Positions 51,132 through 56,779 of a stretch of 56,779 bases of DNA are shown piece by piece. The DNA comes from an uncultured archaeon (GTDB lineage: Archaea > Aenigmatarchaeota > Aenigmatarchaeia > Aenigmatarchaeales > DAIDAN01): the NCBI GenBank assembly GCA_964545795.1, contig CAZJGC010000004.1, positions 1 through 56,779 on the forward strand, read 5' to 3'. Each line of letters opens with the position of its first letter. Position 1 is the stretch's first letter. The notes under the pieces were generated by a model, which saw nothing but the letters and a program-made list of their open reading frames with translations, did no database searches and was not told where the DNA came from. The position numbers and the translations under genes were made by a program.

Positions 51132-51992
51132 ATGAAAACTGTTATTGATGTTCTTACAGGGAGAGAGTTGCAGGTAAGTGAGAACGAACTTATGTTTATG
51201 GAATGCAGGACAGATGGTTATATATTGTCAATACCGCATGCAGGAACATTTGTTCCCAAAAAGATAGCGCATAAATTATGGATAGGAAAACAGATGCTTT
51301 TAAGGACAGATATGTATACTGATGCTGTTTATGACACAGGCAAAGGCATTAAGGTTGTTTCTAATATAAACAAACATGTTATGAATGCGAACAGATTTAA
51401 AAATCCTGACTTTGAGTTGCTTCCGCCTAATCTGAGAAACGGCGTATTTTATTCTAAAGTCGGGGGATTTCTTAGACAGGAATATACTTCCAAAGAAAAA
51501 ACGGAGATTATTGGCTTGTATGAAAAGTATAATAGTTTTATCAGAAAGGCAATTAATCAAATGAAGAAAAAACATGGTTTTGCATTGTTATTTGATTGTC
51601 ATTCAATGAATTCTATTGGTCTTAAAGGCGCAGTTGATGAAGGAAAAGTCAGACCTGATTTTGATATAGGAACAGTGAATGATGCAAGCGCGCACTGCAA
51701 ATTAATAGAATGTTTTTGCAGAATATTAAAATCGGAAGCTGAAACATTTGGGTTTTCTGTCAGAAAAAATTATCCTTATTCTGGCGGTGCAATCATAAGA
51801 AAGTATGGTTGCCCTTCAAAAAATGTTCATGCTATACAGATAGAAATTAAAAAGTCAATTTATATGGATGAGGAGTTAAATACAAGAAGAAGGAAATTCA
51901 GGAGAAAACCTGATAGAATAAAAAAACTGAATAAAATAATGACCAATGTATTTAAAGCAGTTTCTGATGAGGCAAAACAATTGTTAATGTAA
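51132..51992 (+). CDS. N-formylglutamate amidohydrolase family protein
   Basis: SIPHAG, TDMYTD, NANR, FDCHSM, RPDFDIG, NYPYSGG, HAIQIEI. Confidence 0.9.
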   Translation: MKTVIDVLTGRELQVSENELMFMECRTDGYILSIPHAGTFVPKKIAHKLWIGKQMLLRTDMYTDAVYDTGKGIKVVSNINKHVMNANRFKNPDFELLPPNLRNGVFYSKVGGFLRQEYTSKEKTEIIGLYEKYNSFIRKAINQMKKKHGFALLFDCHSMNSIGLKGAVDEGKVRPDFDIGTVNDASAHCKLIECFCRILKSEAETFGFSVRKNYPYSGGAIIRKYGCPSKNVHAIQIEIKKSIYMDEELNTRRRKFRRKPDRIKKLNKIMTNVFKAVSDEAKQLLM

Positions 51993-51994
51993 AA

Positions 51995-52696
51995 TTATCT
52001 TCCAAACCTTCTTTTCCTTTTTTCAAAATCTTTCAATGCCTTGAAAAAATCTTTTTTTGTTATTTCAGGCCACATCTTGTCAATAAAAAATAGTTCGCTG
52101 TATGCGCACTGCCATAATAGAAAATTGGAGAGCCTTTTTTCCCCGCCTGTTCTTATTATCATGTCAGGATATGGAATGTCTCCTGCATACAAATTTTTTC
52201 TTATAAGGTTTTCGTTTATCTGCTTTGTTTTTATTTTGTTGGCGGCAACATCTTTTGCAATCTTTCTTACAGCGTCCGTTATTTCTTCCTGACCGCCATA
52301 GGCTAATGCCAGATTAAGAAAATAATTGTTATAGTTTTTTGTTGCATTTTCTGCAGATTTTATGGCATCCCTGACATTTTTTGGCAGCAGGTTTATTCTG
52401 CCAATAACATTTACCTTTATGCCATATTCATGCACTTCGTGGTCAGGCTTTGCTATTTCTTTAAATTCCCTTTCAAACAGTTTCATAAGAAATTCAAATT
52501 CCTTTTTTGGACGCTCCATGTTTTGTATTGAGAATGAGTAAAGAGTTATATAATGCAGTTTTTTTTCACTGCACCATTTCATAAGTTCTCTTACCTTTTT
52601 TGCTCCCCAATTGTGCCCTTCCCATGGTTTTTTCATAAGCCTTTTTGCAAAACGGCGATTGCCGTCAAGAATTATGGCAACATGTTGAGGCATCAT
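51995..52696 (-). CDS. uppS: cis-prenyltransferase (undecaprenyl/polyprenyl diphosphate synthase)
   Basis: PQHVAIILDGNRR, YSFS..N..R, YGGQEEI, PDMIIRTGGEKRLSNFLLWQ. Confidence 0.95.
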   Translation of the reverse strand: MMPQHVAIILDGNRRFAKRLMKKPWEGHNWGAKKVRELMKWCSEKKLHYITLYSFSIQNMERPKKEFEFLMKLFEREFKEIAKPDHEVHEYGIKVNVIGRINLLPKNVRDAIKSAENATKNYNNYFLNLALAYGGQEEITDAVRKIAKDVAANKIKTKQINENLIRKNLYAGDIPYPDMIIRTGGEKRLSNFLLWQCAYSELFFIDKMWPEITKKDFFKALKDFEKRKRRFGR

Positions 52697-52756
52697 TTTA
52701 TCACTATTTCTTATATTAAAAAATATATTTAAAAGTTTTTACTAAATAAGGTTTAT

Positions 52757-53590
52757 ATGTTTGAATTTCTTGCTTTGATAATTGCGCTGGTTGGCGGAAC
52801 AATATGCGGTTTGTATGATTTGAAGACAACAAACATGCTTGACTGGCTTGCAGTGCTTATGATAATTTCTGGGTTTGTTCTGGCAGGTGCAGAAAGTTTT
52901 GTTTCTGGTTCACTCGCTCCTTTGCTTTTCTCATTTTCTGTTGCAGGCGCTTTTTTCATTTTCGGTTTTTTTATGTATAAAGCCGGGTATTGGGGCGGCG
53001 GAGACGGAGAATTGCTCATAGCTTTGGGTGCGCTTGTTCCTGTTAATCCCTTTATTTCCGTATCTTTCGGAATTTATGGATTTGTTTTTGCTTTGAACTT
53101 CCTGATTAACAGTTTTATAATAGGCGGAATTTATTCTATTTTATATGCAGTTGTTATTGCAATGCATGATAAAAAGGTCAGAACAACTTTTTATAAACGC
53201 ATTAAAGATGTTAGATTTCTATTGGCTTTAACATTTCTGGTTTTTTTAGCAGTTGGGTTGTCCGTTAGTTATTTTCTGCCTTTTTACATATACTTTAGTT
53301 TGCTTTTGGTTGTTTTATTGCCTGTTTTGTATGTGTTTGCAAAAACCGTTGAAGAAGTTGGATTTAATAAAAAAATACATGTTTCTAAACTTAAAGTAGA
53401 TGATGTAATTGGTGAGGATTTGCCTGAGTTAAATATCTTTAAGAAAGAAATAAGGGGTTTGACGCAGGAAGAAGTTCGCAAAATCAAGAAAAACAGGAAA
53501 TATGTTATTGTCAGAGACGGGGTAAGATATTCGCCTGTGTTTGTAATATCATTGGCTTTCACTTTAATCTTCGGAGGATTCTTGCTTTAG
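52757..53590 (+). CDS. Prepilin/preflagellin peptidase (A24)
   Basis: YDLKT, WGGGDG aspartyl motif, multiple TMs, C-terminal VRYSPVF. Confidence 0.85.
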   Translation: MFEFLALIIALVGGTICGLYDLKTTNMLDWLAVLMIISGFVLAGAESFVSGSLAPLLFSFSVAGAFFIFGFFMYKAGYWGGGDGELLIALGALVPVNPFISVSFGIYGFVFALNFLINSFIIGGIYSILYAVVIAMHDKKVRTTFYKRIKDVRFLLALTFLVFLAVGLSVSYFLPFYIYFSLLLVVLLPVLYVFAKTVEEVGFNKKIHVSKLKVDDVIGEDLPELNIFKKEIRGLTQEEVRKIKKNRKYVIVRDGVRYSPVFVISLAFTLIFGGFLL

Positions 53591-53609
53591 GAGAAACAGC
53601 AGCGAATTT

Positions 53610-54263
53610 TCATATTTTTTCTATTTTTATTCCTGAATCAAAGATTTCATATGGATATATTTTTTCTGAATGCGGTGAACCGCGCATCTTTCTTATATGC
53701 AGGTTTTTTAATAATTTGTGATTTGATTTCTTCATTTCAAGAAGGATAACTGCGTCTGATATGAATTCTTCAACTCCGTGTATTGAGAGAGATTTTGAAT
53801 GCAATGCCGCTTCGCTTGTAAGAATTGTTGTGCATTTATTTCTTTTCAGCATATGGCTGATTTTGCTTAAAGCAAATCTTGCTTCATGTTTTTCCAGCAT
53901 TTTTAATATGTCCACGCTGTCTATTGTGATGATTTCTATGTTAAATGATTTTACTGCAAATTCTATGTCTTTTATAATGCTGTATGCTGATATTGGAGAA
54001 ATATCCGCAAATATGATTTTTTTGGTTTTTATAAGTTCCCGCAGTTTCTGAAATCTTGGCAAAAAGTTTTTTATAACATTTCTTGATTTTGTTGAAATAA
54101 ACATGCATTTTTTGCCTGTTAATGCATTTTTGTAAAGGCATTGGAGAGCAAAGGTTGTTTTTCCTGAACCAATTGTTCCGGAAACAAGAATAAGCGAGTT
54201 TTTTATAAATCCGCCGTTTAGCAGATTATCCAGATTGTCTATGCCTGAAGTTATTCTTTCCAT
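53610..54263 (-). CDS. KaiC/RAD55-like RecA-superfamily ATPase
   Basis: ITSGIDNLDNLLNGG, SGTIGSGKT, IDSV, EFISDAVI.L, IRKMRGS.H; likely start ATG 54263. Confidence 0.88.
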   Translation of the reverse strand: MERITSGIDNLDNLLNGGFIKNSLILVSGTIGSGKTTFALQCLYKNALTGKKCMFISTKSRNVIKNFLPRFQKLRELIKTKKIIFADISPISAYSIIKDIEFAVKSFNIEIITIDSVDILKMLEKHEARFALSKISHMLKRNKCTTILTSEAALHSKSLSIHGVEEFISDAVILLEMKKSNHKLLKNLHIRKMRGSPHSEKIYPYEIFDSGIKIEKI

Positions 54264-54341
54264 GCTAAGATATTCATCAGAGAAGTATATAAAAATTAAC
54301 GAATAATAAGTATTTATAAATTTATTTTTGAATAAAATGTT

Positions 54342-55328
54342 ATGTCTATATTGATAGAAGAGCATGCTATTGAGAAGATAGGCGAAGTATGCAGAAGTCT
54401 TGGCGGGAATGCTCTGATAGTTTCAGGCAAGACAACAATTAAAATTGCCGGAAACAAGGTATGCGATGTGCTCTCTGGTTATAACACAGAGATTGTAATA
54501 ACAGAATCAATATTAAAGAAAGATGCAGATGAAATAGAAATTGGCAATAGTGATTTTATTGTAGGGGTTGGAGGAGGGCGTGTTATAGATGTTGCCAAAT
54601 ATGTTGCATACAAGCATAACAAGCCCTTTGTTTCTGTTCCTACTGTGTTGTCGCATGACGGAATTTCTTCTCCAAGAGCTACGCTTGACGGCAATACTGG
54701 GAAACTGTCCTATAAGGCTGTTGCTCCTGTGAGCGTGATATGTGATTTGTCCATAATTTCAGATGCTCCTTACAGAATGAATGCTTCAGGATGCGCTGAT
54801 GTAATATCAAATATAACTGCTGTTGAGGACTGGAAAATGTCTCCTGAAGATTTTAATGAAGATTCTGCAAAAAAGTCGTTGGATGCTGCAAATAGAGTTT
54901 TGTCTTCCATTGATTTAATAAGGGGCAATAATCCCGCTGGCCTGAAAAACCTTGCCGAAGCTATTATAGAGAGCGGAGTTGCAATGGATATGGCTGGTTC
55001 AAGCAGGCCTGCAAGCGGCGGAGAGCATCTAATTTCGCATGCTATTGATAGATTATATCCAGGCAGATGTTTTCATGGAGAGGTATGCGGTGTTGGCAGC
55101 ATAATGACTGCGTATTTGCATGGCATTGATTGGGAAGAAATAAGGTCGGCTCTCAAAAGACTGAAGTGTCCTGTAAACGCGTCAGAACTCGGGGTTCCTG
55201 AGGATATTTTAATAAAGGCAATTGTTCTTGGAAAGGATATAAGGAATGACAGATATACTATATTGCATAAAAAACAGTTAAATATTAAAGAAGCAGAAGA
55301 ATTAGCTAGGATAACAGAAGTTATATAA
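54342..55328 (+). CDS. egsA: sn-glycerol-1-phosphate dehydrogenase
   Basis: GVGGGRVIDVAK, VPTVLSHDGISS, SSRPASGGEHLISHAID, HGE.CG. Confidence 0.92.
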   Translation: MSILIEEHAIEKIGEVCRSLGGNALIVSGKTTIKIAGNKVCDVLSGYNTEIVITESILKKDADEIEIGNSDFIVGVGGGRVIDVAKYVAYKHNKPFVSVPTVLSHDGISSPRATLDGNTGKLSYKAVAPVSVICDLSIISDAPYRMNASGCADVISNITAVEDWKMSPEDFNEDSAKKSLDAANRVLSSIDLIRGNNPAGLKNLAEAIIESGVAMDMAGSSRPASGGEHLISHAIDRLYPGRCFHGEVCGVGSIMTAYLHGIDWEEIRSALKRLKCPVNASELGVPEDILIKAIVLGKDIRNDRYTILHKKQLNIKEAEELARITEVI

Positions 55329-55360
55329 AAAGATAAATTAAGTTTTAATTATGTGATTCT

Positions 55361-56116
55361 ATGCCGCATGAGCCATGGAGAAAGTGGAAGCATATAACGA
55401 AGCTTGACCCCGACAGAAAAATATGCGCTGATGTAATAAGGCAAATTGTAGATACAGAAACAGATGCTATTATGATTTCAGGCACCCAGAACATAAACAA
55501 AAGCAATGTGAAACAACTTATAGATTTGTTAAAGGAATATGATATTCCCAAAGTTCTTGAACCTGCTCATCCTGCCTGCCTTACATACAAACATATAGAT
55601 TATATTTTTGTGCCTTCTGTGTTCAATACAGATAGGGCTTTATGGATTAACGGTCTTCATAAGAAATGGGTAAAGGAAGATAAAAACATAGATTGGGATA
55701 TTGTTGTTCCCGAAGCTTATATTATTCTTAATCCAAAATGCGCTGCTGCAAAAGTTTCTGGTGCAAAAGTTCTGGATAAAGAAGATGCTGTTGCTGCTGC
55801 TGTGTGCGCAGAGCGTTTTTTTAAGTTTCCAATAATTTATATTGAATATAGCGGTGTTTATGGTGATGTTGAAGTTGTTAAAGCCATAAAAGAGTCATTA
55901 ACAACAGCGCATCTTATATATGGGGGAGGAATTAATACAAGAAAAAAGGCAGAAGAAATGAGCATGTATGCTACAATAGTTGTTGGCAATACAATATATG
56001 AAAAAGGGACGGATAGTTTTGCGGACACAATGTATGGAACTCTTTCTCAGCAGATGAGTGTTTTGAAACAGAAGTTGAAGAAGATAAAGGAAATGAAAAG
56101 AAAGAAACAGAAATAA
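55361..56116 (+). CDS. pcrB: Geranylgeranylglyceryl phosphate synthase (PcrB/group I GGGPS)
   Basis: WKHITKLDPD, DAIMISGT, EAYIILNP, IYIEYSG, YGGGI, IVVGN. Confidence 0.9.
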   Translation: MPHEPWRKWKHITKLDPDRKICADVIRQIVDTETDAIMISGTQNINKSNVKQLIDLLKEYDIPKVLEPAHPACLTYKHIDYIFVPSVFNTDRALWINGLHKKWVKEDKNIDWDIVVPEAYIILNPKCAAAKVSGAKVLDKEDAVAAAVCAERFFKFPIIYIEYSGVYGDVEVVKAIKESLTTAHLIYGGGINTRKKAEEMSMYATIVVGNTIYEKGTDSFADTMYGTLSQQMSVLKQKLKKIKEMKRKKQK

Positions 56117-56195
56117 GGGATTGCTAACCCTTATCAACCCTTAAGGAAGAGCATAAAAAACGGGGCTGTTCAAAACACGCAACCCCTTATTTTGT

Positions 56196-56224
56196 CAGGA
56201 TTTCAAATCACAGCGGACCCACCA
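56196..56224 (+). other. Orphan tRNA 3' fragment (T-loop to CCA)
   Basis: TTCAAAT-CACAG-CGGACCC-A-CCA has the register of tRNA positions 54-76; no matching 5' half found nearby. Confidence 0.65.
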
Positions 56225-56271
56225 ATCCTGTTGGCGAAAATCTTTTTTAATCCCCCAAACCATCTATATTT

Positions 56272-56779
56272 ATGAAAGCAATCTCCGCAATAATAGTTGT
56301 TGTTCTCTTGTTGCTAATTTCCATTTCGCTAATCTCTGTTGTTTATGTATGGTCTTCTGCCCTGACAGGAACAGTGACATCAACAACAGAGGAAACAACA
56401 TCAGAACTGACAAAGCAGTTGTCAGGTTGCCTGAAGATAGATGCAATATCCAAAAACCAGATATACTTGAGAAACTGCGGAAAAGGCGTGATAACAAATA
56501 ATTCATTGTCAGTATTCATAGATGACGTGAAGGTGGAACACTCTGTTGAAGAGATAGGAGAAGACCAGACAGGAACAGTAAACATATCAGGTTTGTGGAA
56601 GTTTTCCATGGACAGGCACAACCTAAAAATAACAAACGGAGCAGCCTTTGTCCAAGCCCTTATAGAGTTGGAGCCTAATAAAGATGGTTTGGTTGGTTAT
56701 TGGAGTTTTGACGAAGGTTCAGGCAATAAAGTTTATGACAAATCAGGGAATGGAAATGATGGCGAACTTAAGAATGGTG
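56272..56779 (+). CDS. Pilin-LamG cassette copy 4 (truncated by window end)
   Basis: Near-identical to 35788 and 41838 from the leader through LVGYWSFDEGSGNKVYDKSGNGNDGELKNG. Confidence 0.9.
   Translation, partial: MKAISAIIVVVLLLLISISLISVVYVWSSALTGTVTSTTEETTSELTKQLSGCLKIDAISKNQIYLRNCGKGVITNNSLSVFIDDVKVEHSVEEIGEDQTGTVNISGLWKFSMDRHNLKITNGAAFVQALIELEPNKDGLVGYWSFDEGSGNKVYDKSGNGNDGELKNG

Noticed and set aside
53610-54263. Circadian KaiC or archaellum FlaH
   Set aside because: Single-domain RAD55-like ATPase with no kaiB or archaellum genes adjacent; such paralogues are common in archaea.
56117-56190. Possible IS end or MITE (GGGGCTGTTCAAAA...AACCCC; AACCCTTA twice)
   Set aside because: No matching second inverted repeat, target duplication or transposase found.

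Overview
AT-rich archaeal chromosome segment, most likely from a DPANN lineage. That assignment is inferred from the archaeal PolB, histone, aEF-1alpha, aIF-5A, CCA enzyme and Taw1, the compact gene packing and the giant surface proteins. The left third holds a ~21 kb co-oriented cluster: a 4658-aa secreted, sequon-rich surface protein ending in a TM segment and a cytoplasmic HerA/FtsK-type (DUF87-like) ATPase, a coiled-coil protein, a second 1331-aa surface protein, a MinD/ParA ATPase and a small conserved ORF. The remainder is mostly housekeeping (larB/E, polB, bacterial-type metK, lhr, dys, eIF5A, histone, tuf, rps10, cca, rnz, taw1, uppS, egsA, pcrB). Dispersed among these are four copies of a promoter plus type-IV-pilin cassette with near-identical 5' DNA and exchanged LamG/CBM-like heads; one copy is frameshifted and one is mosaic. 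Three tRNA genes carry 2, 3 and apparently 4 BHB-type introns, and an orphan tRNA 3' fragment with a splice-site-like junction lies just before the fourth pilin copy. No CRISPR array, rRNA, transposase or integrase was seen. All family assignments come from motif recognition by eye, not from database searches.
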